DNA of 64,000 bases. Source: Octopus vulgaris (Eukaryota). Positions 27,300 through 40,438 of the stretch are shown in pieces. The notes beneath the pieces are model-generated. The model saw only the letters and a list, made by a program, of their open reading frames with translations. It was not told where the DNA came from and did no database searches. Both the position numbers and the translations under genes were made by a program. Position 1 is the first letter of the stretch. Each line of letters starts with the position of its first letter. The stretch lies in the NCBI GenBank assembly GCA_951406725.2, contig OX597814.1, forward strand, positions 136,896,001 to 136,960,000, in the 5' to 3' direction.

Positions 27300-27647
27300 C
27301 TACGATGTAATTGTATTTTCTATTTCTATTTCTATGTCTAGTTATATTTGTAATATATTATGTATAATGTCATTGCTGTTGTGTAATGGTTTAATAAAGT
27401 ATTGATTGGGTATTATCTGATGGTTGATGATTGATTTAGGTATGTTTCTCCATTTTCTCATTTTGTATTATTAATTTACGGTAATAATTTTACCCTTGCC
27501 CACATAATACAGTGGATGAATTAATTGCACCGCAATTTTTAAAATTTATGTATTAGTTTTGTTGGGTACCTCTCTAGCAGTATATTGGATATATGTTATC
27601 CCATGGAGGGTTGAATTTACAACCCCTATCTCATTATATATATATAT

Positions 27648-27700
<53 letters not shown>

Positions 27701-27884
27701 CATATTGGCGCAGGAGTGGCTGCGTGTACGAAAGAGGAGAAATTGAAAGGAAAAGCAAAAGAGAGAGGACAGAGAAAGAGGGAGCGATAAAAAGGGGACA
27801 AAAAAGACAAAAAGAATTAAAAGGGAATAGAACGGCGGAAGAAAGACTATGTTATATATATATATATATATATATATATTCTTT

Positions 27885-28294
27885 CCTTTTTTCTTTTACT
27901 TGTTTCAGTCATTTGACTGCGGCCATGCTGGAGCACCGCCTTTAGTCGATCAAATCGACCCCGGGACTTATTCTTTGTAAGCCCAGTACTTATTCTATCG
28001 GTCTCTTTTGCCGAACCGCTAAGTGACGGGGACGTAAACACACCAGCATCGGTTGTCAAGCAATGCTAGGGGGACAAACACAGACACACAAACCTACACA
28101 CACACACACATATATATATAATACATATATACGACAGGCTTCTTTCAGTTTCCGTCTACCAAATCCACTCAAAAGGCATTGGTCGACCCGGGGCTATAGC
28201 AGAAGACACTTGCCCAAGATGCCACGCAGTGGGACTGAACCCGGAACCATGTGGTTGGTTAGCAAGCTACTTACCACACAGCCACTCCTGCGCC

Positions 28295-28295
<1 letters not shown>
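27885..28295 (-). mobile_element. SINE family B, young full-length copy
   Basis: Head GGCGCAGGAGTGGCTGTGTGGTAAG...GGTTCAGTCCC; tail GGCGGTGCTCCAGCATGGCCGCAGTCAAATGACTGAAAC; closely similar to 49035-49527. Confidence 0.85.
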
Positions 28296-28325
<30 letters not shown>

Positions 28326-28972
28326 GAATAAAGGAATACAAAAAATGGGACAAGAACGCAAAACACACAGACAGATAAGACAAAAAAGGGACAAGATAAA
28401 ACAAGGACGGGTCATTCGAAGTTTTCTTTCCTCAGTCGAGTTCCAGATTATCTTTGCAATTTCGGCTGGTTATACTCGAAATTGCTCCAATCTGGCCAGC
28501 CCAAGGAAAAACTAAGCTAAGGACACTAGATTCCTTGGAAGAAAGCAGCGAATGTATACGAAAACAAGGACGGAAAAAATGGAGAAATGTTACACAAATA
28601 CAAATGCAAATAACAGGATGTTAACAACAGGTGTCTTTCGACTAAGAACGAATTACATTAAGCTGGCGAAAATGAAGCCTTACGGCAGGGGCATAAGGGA
28701 TGACAGGCATGGGGAGGAATATAGATGGTCCACGGATAGTAGTCGAACCAAGAAAGAAAGGCCAGGCTTGGCCAAACACCGATCACGTGGAGAGAGAGAG
28801 AGAAGAAAGGTAGAGGTAGAGGGGTAGAAGAATTAGGGAGGGACGAGAAAAAAAGAAAAATGACAGAGTGAAGTGAAAGAGGAAGGAAGGTGAGAATGAA
28901 GAGAAAGCCAGGAAATGTGAGAGAGGGGGAACGAAAGAAAGAAGAGTTACACACACATACACACACACATAT

Positions 28973-29037
<65 letters not shown>

Positions 29038-29089
29038 CATGTAAATTATTAAGGTGACTATTCGCAATATCAACCGAAAGGCAACAAGT

Positions 29090-29300
29090 ATAGTCGTCAC
29101 TACAGTGACGGAGGGTGCTAGTCAGCACCGCTGTTTTTCGGTGGCACAAAAGATTGAAGAATGATAAAGGGGAGGTGAGAAATGATGAGAGGTGTGGGGG
29201 GAGGGGACGTCAGAACATCAAAGCTGATTGAGAAAATTCGTAGTTTTCTGGATGAAGACTGTCATATGTCTATAATCATACTTAGCGATCTTCATCCAGA
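29090..29300 (+). pseudogene. Mariner transposase N-terminal fragment
   Basis: VFRWHKRLK...VRNDERCG/DVRTSKLIEKIRSFLDED resembles the mariner HTH-linker region. Confidence 0.55.
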
Positions 29301-31069
29301 GATAATATCTCTTCATGTGCGAGCTTCCGCTATCTATTGTGTTTTTTTTAATGTAGCACATCCATATATATTAAATTTGATATATAGATAGCATGGCTGT
29401 CTTGATTTTAAACTGCCTTAACTACGTCTACCGGATTTTTATTCAACTGGACGGCTAATCGTAACGCCAGTAAGTTTACTATATCGGTAGACGAGAAATT
29501 CTTGTCCAAGCATGTAGTTAGCTGCGAGTACACGTCATTGCAAAATCTCCAAAAGGCCGAAATGCACCTGGTGTTCCCGATGGTCAGTGCCCGAGCGACT
29601 TTTCGCTTCTCCTTTATATTTGTATTTCTAACACAGCCAATCCATAAGAGGTATTATCTCGAGGTAAATACTGCAGTAATTGCCCTATCAACTGTGTATA
29701 TGTATATTAATAATGATACATAGACGGCTGTTTTAATTTAGTACTACCTCAATTGCATTAACCGGCAATTTTGTACGTGAAAAATTCTGTGCTGGAATGT
29801 TTAAAAAAAAATTATAGAGACCATCTTTTCTAGTGATTTATTCGTGATCAAATGAAACTAATTTTGGAAAGAAGTTTGCTAATGATAGATATTTACGTAA
29901 ATATTTCCAAGGGATTGTATTTTTATAATTTTTTAACGTCATAATCTATTCATTACGTAACTATATATTTATCGATTATCTTAATAACTGATATTGTAGA
30001 ATTACTTAACATAATATGTCGTAAATTCCTCGCAGATAAACACATCGTCCATAATTTATCTTAAAAAAGAAAGAAAATAAGTTTTTTTGTCTTTTTATTA
30101 ATTTTGGCCAGTTAGGAGGAGAGATGACAGAGAAGTTAATGAAATGGCAAGTTCGTAAAATCACATCAACATTAATCTGAAACATTCTGTTTCCTGTTTG
30201 TTACTCCGGTCATACAGTTAGTTTTAAACATTAAGTGTGTGAAGTGCAGGTGAGAAAGCTTATACATATCGGTTCGTTGCTTTGGAATGAATTAAATGTC
30301 GCAGTGAAATGTCTCTTCTGTCAGAAAGAATAGTGGAAAGAAATATAAATAAGATCAGCAACAGATTGCTATATGTAACAGAAGCAAAATTGTAGATTGA
30401 GGTAATTATTTGAAGAGAATAAATAATAAATATGAGAGAAAAGTTTTCTGTGTAGTACTTCATATGTACGAATTAATCATAACGAATTCTAAATTCTACA
30501 TGCTACACAAACGAATGCAATGCTTCCGTCATTTTTGTATAGTTTCATTACAGCTGACTTTTAATTAGTTGTTTTAGAGTTTGATTCACTTTCAGCTACG
30601 AGAGTCACTTTATTTGGCTGACGTTTTTTTTTTTTTTCAGAAGAAAACAGGTTGTCACTTCTGTTCCCAGTCACGAAGCTGAGAGTTTCTGATTTTCCAC
30701 AGTTATTGATCGCACGCTGCTCATAATGACTGCTTACACAGCAATATATTGTCCCCTATTCAAGGAATTCCTAAAAGAAATGTAATAAAATACCACAAGA
30801 CCTTTTGCCCGACGCTCTACCGAATCTGTCAACTCACAGTCTTGCTGGAAAAATTTGAAGTCCAGCTCAGAAAATGGCCAGATGTAGCTTAGCTTGTAAC
30901 GTGTCAATCCATGGATACTCTGATGCTCATGTTTAAATCTAAGACTGTAACTTAGCAGAAGTGTTTAGCACCGAACTCGATGCATAATAGTATTTGGCTT
31001 CATCCTATACGTTCTAAGTTCGAATCCTGCCAAAGTCATCTTGAAAGTTTATGCTCACGGGGAACACTA

Positions 31070-31372
31070 GAAGGCGCTTGGCTTAGTGGTTAAAGTATTC
31101 GGATTACAATCATGAGTTCGATTCCTGGCAGAGCGTTGTGTCCTTCAGCAAGACACTTTATTTCACGTTGCGCCAGTTCACTCAGTTGCACCTATATTTC
31201 AAACGGCCAGCTTTGTCACATTCTGTTGTGCCACGTAAATCTCCCTGAGAACTACATTAGGTACGCGTGTCTGTGGAGTGCTCGGCCTCTTGCACGTTAA
31301 TTTCACGAACAAGCTCTTCCGTTGGTCGGATCAACTAGAACTCTCGTCGTCGTAACTGGCGGAATGCCAGTA
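31070..31372 (+). mobile_element. tRNA-derived SINE with CORE-like body (local family D)
   Basis: GGCTTAGTGGTTAAAG...GAGTTCGATTCC...GTCCTTCAGCAAGACACTTTATTTCACGTTGC. Confidence 0.7.
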
Positions 31373-31869
31373 TATACTTCATTCCTCGAACCTTCAACTT
31401 CTAATGGAACCATAATGACGCAGTCTTGAGATATGGTTTATCCTTCTCCAAATCTGTCTGAATCCAATTTCTTCCAGAGTGAACAGAATCGACTCTACGA
31501 CTGTAATGGTACATTATCTATTAGACCCAAAAGAATGAAATGAGTTGATGACTTTGGTGAGATTTGAACTGAAAATATAGTCAGCTTGAGCGAATACTCT
31601 TGGGTACTCTATCTACTGTTCTAACGACTTTACTAATTCGCCACTTACACAGATTGAGTGAACCTACCAAACCCATCAACCAACAGATTTTTGGCTTTAA
31701 AACCAAAAAGAATTAAGGTAGACTAGCGTTGGCATTTCCTCGTCTGTTATAAACTGATCTATGACCTGTAAGGCAACAATTTGGATTATGAGACTGATTC
31801 CAAGAGAGAGCCTCTATATAATTCTTTGACCTTCAAGAAATAACAGCAAAACAGTCGTGATATCAATTC

Positions 31870-31905
<36 letters not shown>

Positions 31906-31907
31906 CT

Positions 31908-31961
<54 letters not shown>

Positions 31962-31967
31962 ACTCGC

Positions 31968-32550
31968 ACTTGCTGACTTGGGGAGTTATCAATATATTGA
32001 ACAGTTGTTGTGGCGTATAAGATGTATCTGGCTATCGGCCGAGTCCATCGTGAAATTGCCTCACCGTCAGTTTTTATTAAGGCTGCGTAAACAGTTTTCT
32101 TTTGTGTGGTAGTTAAATCGAAAGAGGTGTGTGAAGCACAAGGTTGAAATAATTGACATCATCCTCTTCGCTAAAGCCCCCTAGTAAAAGGAAGAGCGGA
32201 TAGAAAGAAAAGTCCCCTCCTTCGGTGAATTTGTCAAAGGGTTGTGAGAATGGTTAGGGTGAACAGAATTACTCTAAGCAGGCGCATGGAGTTTGGAGAG
32301 AGCAATCTACTGCTCGTGAGCTTGCATCAGTGGGTTTCCTTGATTGACCCTAACCAGAGGCCTTCCTGTACCAGGAGGATTGTATTATCCATGCATCCCC
32401 ATGTTTTGTACAGTATGTATACTTTCGTCTTATTGTCCTCCATCCCACCTCCTTTTCTTCATCCTATTTTACGCAAACTCTCACTCAAATTGTAACTTGT
32501 CCCACTAATGTTTGCTCATTTGATGCCCCTATGGCAATTAAAATAAATCA
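31968..32550 (+). mobile_element. Decayed 3' end of a non-LTR retrotransposon (possibly L1/Tx1 ORF2 C-terminus)
   Basis: Remnant LADL..YIEQLL.RI..IWLSAESIVK, followed by a pyrimidine-rich UTR and A-rich end. Confidence 0.4.
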
Positions 32551-32637
32551 TTATCATCTTCAACATCATTATTACCCCCCCCTTATTTATGCCTCTGTGC
32601 ATAATAAAAGAAATTATTATGATTATTATTATTATTA

Positions 32638-33782
32638 CTAGCAGATCTACCCATCTACGATGGGGGAATAAAATGTGGGAGGGAGGTCATAACAGCAGTG
32701 TGTATTGAGAAAAGTGTAAATGGACTTGATAGATTACTGGATGATGTCTTAGAGAAATCACATTATTGTTGGTGATACAGCTTTCTATCGCAGCTAAATG
32801 ACATGTTTGCGACTTAAGTGACATGTGATGACGATTCACTCCCGAACTGAAATAGGTTCCCAGCCTCTGTATCTTGAATGGTTATGTGGACCACTCCTTA
32901 CGGAAGTCAGGGTTTACTTCGACCACTACATAAAAAGTATTTTTTTAAAATGTTATTTAGATATACTTTTATCTTAGTTGTTTACACTATTTTTCACCTG
33001 TTTATACTTTTATACATTCAAAGTTCACAGATTTCCTTATCTAAATTATGAATCATATTCCTTTCGATAATATCAATATGATTGCAAATCTTCTTTGTAG
33101 ACGATATTTTCTGTTTGGTCGACGCTAATTTTCAAATTACTGGAGTCCGTTGCTCTACTCATAGCGACGTATAACTGGCCGTGTGTAAACATTGAAGCGG
33201 GTGAAAATACACCTACACGATCTAAAGTCTGGCCCTGTGCCTTATTTGCTGTGAACGCGAGAGTAGAACCTTTAGGGTTACAAAAAAATTAAACTAAGAC
33301 TTACCTTTCACTGTTCTATGCGAATAATGTCTGGATTTCTGGAACCATGGGTTATTTTGATTGACAAAACAGAGATGTAAGCAACAGCCACTTCTATTAG
33401 CCGTTTCGAATCCTGCTCGAAACTGACACACTTCAATAACCACTAAATAATCACACACACTATATACTGACACACACTTTTTCCATTTTCTTTTCGCTAT
33501 TAACCGTCCTCATGTGACCCCATCGTAGATGGCGTCACGAACTATACGATGAAAATCCAGAGTTACTCGTGGTCGGTGAATTTTTAATAAAAATGCGAAG
33601 GTAGTTTGTCAATTCAAAAATCGATATCCACGAAATAATTATACTTTCTGATTTTTTTAATGCTAAAAACCTTCCTAACAATCGTCTTTGTAATCCCGAA
33701 AAATATCGTAACCATTGGTCCAGCCGTCTGGCTGTGAAGAGGGAACAGGCAAAGAGACGGACAGACGGACATTATAGTAAGA
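32638..33782 (-). mobile_element. Internally deleted Helitron
   Basis: Minus-strand 5' A|TCTTACTATAA...; 3' hairpin CCCATCGTAGATGGG, 8 nt, then CTAG|T; contains a helicase remnant. Confidence 0.85.
33082..33261 (-). pseudogene. Helitron RepHel PIF1-helicase C-terminal fragment
   Basis: LAFTANKAQGQTLDRVGVFSPASMFTHGQLYVAMSRATDSSNLKISVDQTENIVYKE (helicase motifs V and VI). Confidence 0.9.
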
Positions 33783-34095
33783 TAGCAAATCTGCCCACTT
33801 TACGATGGGAAATAAGGGGATAGTATGGCAAACCGAAACCCTCTAAATTCACGAACTATACGGGGTGGGGGGATCCAGAGCTAATCCTTGTCGCAGGAAT
33901 TTTAACAAAAAAAATCAAAGCTGATTTATTAATACAAAACTCAATATCCACTAAATAATCATACTTTTTCACATTTTTTCGCTAAAAACCTTCTTGATTA
34001 ACTCTTTCATAATCCCAAAAATCATGACCATTGGTCCAGCCGTTTGACCGTGAAGAGGGAACAGACAGAGGGGGATAAGGCCCGTTATAGTAAGA
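33783..34095 (-). mobile_element. Short non-autonomous Helitron, head-to-tail with the previous one
   Basis: Same 5' TCTTACTATAA start; ~33840-34070 resembles ~33535-33750; 3' hairpin CCCATCGTAAAGTGGG. Confidence 0.8.
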
Positions 34096-34688
34096 TTATT
34101 ATTATCATTATTATTAGTATTATTGATATTATTATTATTATTATCATTATTATTATTACTACAACTAATACTACTGCTACTGCAACTGCTGCTACTGCTG
34201 CTGCTGCTGCTACTGCTACTACTACTATTACGGCGGCGGCGGCGGCGGCGATGAGCTGGCAGAATCATTAGCACGCCGGACCAAAGGCCTTCGCAGCATT
34301 TCGTCCATCTTTATGCTTTGAATTCAAGAATATCGCCGAAGTCGGCAAAATTAGTAGCGCCAGCATCGCGATATGGGATCTCCCTGCAGCTACTACTGTT
34401 TAGGTTTGGACTTAACCTCAATGATGTTGTCTTGTTAACGATGTTGTTATTAACTTATTACGTTTATGTTAAGCCATTTTTTTTTCTATTTCCTCCGAAG
34501 AAGAGCAGTGTGACTCATTAATTACCTGTAAATTGCTTGAAAATTTTTCTTATCGGCGCGAAAATTTATTCCACTCGCTTATCCAGATGTGGTCTCTTCC
34601 TCTAACCACTAAACTGTAGGTTTGAATTTAAATAATCAATTAAGTTGTAGTTGATTTTGTTATACCATGCGTACCATGCAGACTATAC

Positions 34689-34792
34689 GTACTCTCTTCG
34701 GCAGTACATATTCTAGATTTAGAACAACACAGAATATCAGCGAGTCCCCTGCTCAAGGGTGACACGCAAAATCGTGAAGCGTTCCGGGTTTT
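34689..34792 (+). pseudogene. U6: U6 snRNA pseudogene / divergent copy
   Basis: GTACTCTCTTCGGCAGTACATATTCTAG...CCCCTGCTCAAGGGTGACACGCAAAATCGTGAAGCGTTCC..TTTT is colinear with full-length U6; the ACAGAGA box is altered to ACAGAATA. Confidence 0.9.
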
Positions 34793-34797
34793 CTTGA

Positions 34798-35020
34798 AGC
34801 GGCGAGCTGGCAGAATTGTTAGTCAGACGGAAAAAATTGCTTTGCGACGTTTGTTCCGACAATTTACACTATGAGTTCAAATTCTACCGAAATTAATTTT
34901 GTCTTTCATTCATCCGGACTCGACAAAATAAAGTACTAGTCGTGTACTGTGGACGATGCTATCGACTAGCCTGCTCCTCTAATAATTGCTGGTTTCGTGT
35001 TTAAATAAGAAACTATTATT
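34798..35020 (+). mobile_element. SINE family C
   Basis: GCGGCGAGCTGGCAGAATTGTTAG...GAGTTCAAATTC...AAGTACTAG. Confidence 0.7.
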
Positions 35021-35310
35021 ACAATAATCATGTCTGTTGTGGAAACTTTCGTATGTAGTTCATAACTAATTTGCTTATCATTTCCTTCTTCACCATTAAT
35101 CAGTGTTCTGGAAAATATAACCTTGCCATTGAAGTGTTCAATGTTTGTTATCAGTTAAGGACGTAATCCGATATCAGTCTCCTTCTGGACGCATGACACC
35201 TATGTCATTTTTTGACTTTTTCATTCCATTTGTAGACATCCCATACCAGAAAAAAAAATTGTTCTTATATTGTGCTGAAAGCATTTGATGGATTTCGACT
35301 CCTAATATAC

Positions 35311-35738
35311 TTATTTCTTTACTACCCACAAGGGGCTAAACACAGAGAGGACAAACAAGGACAGACAAACAAGGACAGACAAACGGATCAAGTCGATTAC
35401 ATCGACCCCAGTGCGTAACTGGTACTTATTTAATCGACCCCGAAAGGATGAAAGGCAAAGTCGGCCTCGACGGAATTTGAACTCAGGACGTAGTGGCAGA
35501 CGAAATACCTATTTCTTTACTACCCACAAGGGGCTAAACACAGAGGACAAACAAGGACAGACAAACGGATTAAGTCGATTACATCGACCCAGTGCGTAAC
35601 TGGTACTTAATTTATCGACCCCGAAAGGATGAAAGGCAAAGTCGACCTTGGCGGAATTTGAACACAGAACGTAACGGCAGACGAAATACCGCTAAGCATT
35701 TCTCCCGGCGTGCTAACGATTCTGCCAGCTCATCGCCT
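35311..35738 (-). mobile_element. Dimeric SINE family C insertion with 18-bp TSD
   Basis: One full and one 5'-truncated copy in tandem; TTTCGACTCCTAATATAC at 35293-35310 and 35739-35756. Confidence 0.85.
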
Positions 35739-37469
35739 TTTCGACTCCTAATATACCTTCAACCTATAGAAAACAAATCACCGAAGTCTTATCTTCTTTG
35801 GGATAAACTAAAGGATGGAACGGTCATGATAAAAGAAATAAAAACAATAACTTCATCCATCTTTCAAGTTGAAACTTGCACTACACTGACTATAGGGAAA
35901 CCTAGTTCCAGTGATGTGTACTCAACTAATTTTCTTGCTATCAGGATAAAAAAAATGAAGTACATAGTGGATGATTAACGTGCAACACATGAATATTTTT
36001 GTTTCAGCTATCTGCAATGAGTGACAAGTATAGACTGCGATGCAGTTTCTTAGTTAAGCTCCCTAATTCTCGAATCCTGAACTAACTACTATTTCAATTA
36101 ATCTTCCCCAAACCCCGACACATAATGACAACTTTCTGGAATTGCCTTTCTGTTCATGTTTTCTGCAGCTGTTGAAGAGTATCAATTATTTCGATCTCAT
36201 ACATTTGAGAGAATCTTCAAAAGTGTTGAACACAGCGTCTTCTTTAAGAGTAAACTATTACAAAAGAAAGGAAAACATGTTGGGTCTATTTCATTACGAT
36301 TTCACCACCAACCCCTTTGGAAAAAGCATGAACGCCACAACTTTCTACCAATCTTTCAATTTCTGTTTTATCCTTTTTTTATTTCATTTTATTCTTTTAT
36401 TTTTGACCCCCCCCCCCCCGCCCTCGTTTCTTTCTCATTCTCTATTTCTCTTTTCTTGTTATTTTCATTCTCATTCAGTTTTATATTTATTTCTTTTCTC
36501 ACAACCTACCTCCATCATTTTTTGTCATTTTTTTTCTCTTCCCTTTTCTTTATTTTTCATGTTCTTTGTTCTAATTTTTTCTATTTATATTCTTTATATT
36601 TTGTTTTTATTCTTAACTTTTCGTTCGTCATGTTCCCTTTCCCATAGTTTATTTATATTTTTCCTTCACTTTTTTTTACTTTCATGTTTTTGTGTTTGTT
36701 TGGTTTTTTTTTACTCTCATTCATTATTTCTTTATTTCAATCTTCTTTCCTTCCTCTCTCCATTTCTTCTTACGTCAATACATTTTTTCCTTGGCACGTT
36801 AATATTTCTCTTACACTATTTTAGAAATATTACGTCTGTGCACAATTTCAATTCGGTTACGTTGGTCGTGTGTGGTGTGTTGCGTCTTTCAGGTGTCTGT
36901 ATTGGCTACGTCGGTCTTGTACTGTATTATAATTTCTGTGAAATATCTTCAGATGTTGTTATATTCGTCAAATGTTTTGTGTTACGTCAGAAAAGTGATT
37001 TTGATAAGTTATATCTATATCTAACCTTTTGATATGTTGCAACTGTGAAGTATCTTTCGTCTGTAAAGAACGTTTGTTATGTCTTCTATTTACGTATTTT
37101 TGAAATTTTACATCTGCGGAAAGCTAGATATTATTTCTAATTTTAAAAGTCTGTTTCATACATCTGTCAAAGCAGTATTTTATGTCACATCCGTCAAGAA
37201 CTCTTACTATTGTATGTTGACAAAAGGACAACTCTTGTTCTTTTGTTTTGTTGTGTCAGTAAAATAGCTTTGCTTGTTTTATAGCTATAAACTATTTCCC
37301 ATATCTTTCACAGTCGTTTGAGATCGTTGAACCCTCTCGTAGTATTTCTTTCACATTCTTGAACTGAAAAATAAACAAAAGCAGTTTGGAATGCATTGTA
37401 CAAGGATTGTGGCACAAAATGAATCTTTACTTTCCAGAATCATAGCAGTAACAACAATAATAATAGTTT

Positions 37470-37705
37470 TTTTTCTACTATAGGCACAAGGCTTGAAATT
37501 TTGGTGGGGGACTAGTCGATTACATAGATCCCAGTGTTTCACTGGTACTTCATTTATCGACCCCGAAAGTGTAAAAGGCAAAGTCGATCTCGGCGGAATT
37601 CCCATTCAAAACGTAAAGACGGACGAGATACTGCTAGGTATTTTATCCGGTGTGCTAACGATTCTGCCAGCCTGCCGTCTTAATGGTGCGAAGATGATGA
37701 TGATG

Positions 37706-37750
<45 letters not shown>

Positions 37751-37952
37751 GTACATGGCCAATTATTCCGGGCTGGAGGGGAGAAGTCGCTTACATTGAC
37801 TCCCAATATTCAAGTGGTGCTTATTTTATCGACCCCAAAAAGATGAAAGCAAAGTCAACCTCGAGGGAATTTGAACTCAGAACGAAAAGACGGACGAAGT
37901 GCCGCTAAGCATTTTCCCGGCATGGTAATGATTCTGCCAGCTTTCCACCTTT
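37470..37952 (-). mobile_element. Two SINE family C copies separated by (TAA)n
   Basis: Each has ATCGACCCC...AAAGTC...GGAATT...AACG...TTCTGCCAGC. Confidence 0.75.
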
Positions 37953-38196
37953 ATGATGGTGATGATTCTTGCTTTCTTTAGTCTTATTCAAGCACAAAGC
38001 CAGTAATTTTGAGAGGTGGCGTTTAGTTGATTATATCAACTCCTGTACTTGACTGATACTTTATTATATCGAACCACTAAAATGGACAAATTTGACCTCT
38101 ACCGGATTTGAATTCGGAATATAAGGAGCTGAACACAAATACCGTAAGACACAGGCCGCTTCTCGTCACCTCTACACTGATCACTTTGCCATGCCA

Positions 38197-38298
38197 CAAA
38201 TCTCGGATTAGCGTTAACAACTCTCGGCGGTAACAAATCTCGGATCAGCGCTAACATATCTCGGATTAGCGCTAACAAATCTCAGATCAGCATCTTAA
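38197..38298. repeat. ~21-bp minisatellite, 5 copies
   Basis: ACAAATCTCGGAT(T/C)AGCGCTA repeated. Confidence 0.8.
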
Positions 38299-38909
38299 CT
38301 GATGTCCTAACCATTATTTTTTGTATTTCTTTGCCTCAGATATCGCGGCATAAGTGTTATAAGTGGGCGTAGGTCTCAGAGTTTTCAGATTTTGTTTTTT
38401 CTTTTGCTGAGTTCTGGGTTCCAAAATCATGGTAAGCAGTTCCCTAAGCCTTATCACATACAATCGTGAGAATTTCACCCGATATGTCATTTAAGCCGTC
38501 TACCAGTTGTTGTTTTAAAAGTGACTAGAAACCGCCACTGTTCTTTAAAAAAAAAACATTAATTTACGCGTTGTCCGTTCTTGTATGTAATCTTTGGTTC
38601 AAGTTGATTTGTCTCTCGGGGTTCTGAAATGTTTGTTTTTTTTTGTTTTGTTTTTTTAACGAGGGTACACCTTGTCCAGAACCTCCCCCTGGCTTGTCAC
38701 GCAGGAAGAACTAACCCCGTTTGTAATGTTTTTTTTAATGTTTTGGCTTGACGTAAGCGTTTGTGATCATCTGCATGGGTAAATCCACGATTTTCGAAGC
38801 TGTTTGTATGCTAGTAAGTTGAATAAAGGCATTTATCCATGTAATAATTATCTATCTTCGAAAATTGACCCGAAAAGAACGTCTGATGCTGCAGCGATTA
38901 ATAATAACA

Positions 38910-39130
38910 ATAATGGTTTCAAATTTTGACACAAGGCCAGCAATTTCGAAGGAGAAGATAAGTCGATTATATCGATCCCAGTGTTCAACTGATACTTATT
39001 TTATCGAATCCCGAAAGGATGAAAGGAAAAGTCGACCTCGGCGGGATTTGAACTCAGAACGTAAAAGCGGGTGAAATGCCACAAAGTATTTTGTCCTGCG
39101 TGCTAACGTTTCTGCCAGCCCGCCGCCTTA
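38910..39130 (-). mobile_element. SINE family C
   Basis: CCCGAAAGGATGAAAGGAAAAGTCGACCTCGGCGGGATTTGAACTCAGAACG...CTGCCAGCCCGCCGCC. Confidence 0.8.
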
Positions 39131-39588
39131 TAATGCAAGAAATATTAAAAGAGCATTTTACTGTTAATATACTTGAGAATGAAAAAGAAAGAAGAAGAAG
39201 AAGAAGAAGATGATGATCATGGTTATCATTAATAATAACAAAACGAAGGAGAATGATGACTGAGAAAATAATAGAAATAACTTCCTAGCTTGCTCTGTTT
39301 CTTTATTAATATCTTCCTAACTTGCTCACTTGTGAATGGAAATCGTACATAAATGGAGCTGATATGAACACAACTGAAAACTTTCGAAGGGAGGTAACTC
39401 CATCTCACCAGAAGAGGGGGTTTCTGCTTCGAAAAAATTTCGTTTCAGGGATATTTTTTCATCTACATTAGTAAAGAGGTTAAGTACCTTCGGCCTGCAG
39501 GTCTCAGAATTTGCTATGTTGCTGCTAAGGACAATAATAGACGTGAAACTAACGGTAAATTTCTGAACGGCCATAAGCAATGACTATG

Positions 39589-39625
<37 letters not shown>

Positions 39626-39724
39626 TATATATTATTGTGTCTGGGGAGAGGCATTCTCTTTTAGTGTTTTACTATTTAACACACACACCGGTTCGATTTC
39701 CACTCATTTAGTTTGGGTTTTTTT

Positions 39725-39762
39725 TCGAAAATTTTCGTTGCGTCTTGCAACCTTTTCAATAG
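39725..39762 (-). ncRNA. Hammerhead-like motif (U3-A8 variant), stem I degenerate
   Basis: CTA-TTGAAAA-G-GTTGC-AAGAC-GCAAC-GAAA-ATTT-TC-GA; 5-bp stem II. Confidence 0.4.
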
Positions 39763-40438
39763 TCGTTGACTCTGTCTAGATATACAACTATATGCATGAG
39801 AATACATACATGGAACAAAATATACAAATCTACATACATACATACATACATACATACATACATACATACATACATACATACATACATACATACATACATA
39901 CATACATACATACATACATACATACATACATACATACATACATACATACATACATACATACATACATACATACATACATACATACATACATACATACATA
40001 CATACATACATACATACATACATACATACATACATACATACAAACAAACAAAAATACCCTGTTGTTGATGTTGAAATTCCAATGAAGAAGCCTTGCATCT
40101 AGGTTAGAAACCGGCTCTTTCTCTATTGGCAAGAAATCTTGAAATTAAACTGAACAATGACATACATACATATTGAAATAATAAGTTTATTATTCGTTTA
40201 TATTTCAAGTAATACTGCTTGAGAAAAAAGATATCCTTAAGATTGGGAATTCACTAAAATCTTGAAGTAAAGGAAATTTTCTATTTTGGACATTTCGATT
40301 TTATGAAAATATATTGGTATCATTTCGCAATCTTATAACTTTGCCAGTTCTTATTCAAATGACTTCAAACAGCATCTGTAGAAACAGGTCAAAATTTTAT
40401 GTTTAATGTTTGATATGTTTATCTTTTCAGGTATAGAA

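Noticed and set aside
28400-28445. Possible hammerhead CTGAGGA-AAG-AAAA-CTT-CGAAT on the minus strand
   Set aside because: Lacks GAAA and a valid stem III / NUH arrangement
36142-37032. 296-aa hydrophobic F/L-rich ORF resembling a membrane protein
   Set aside because: Arises from a T-rich low-complexity tract; non-ATG start; no recognisable motif
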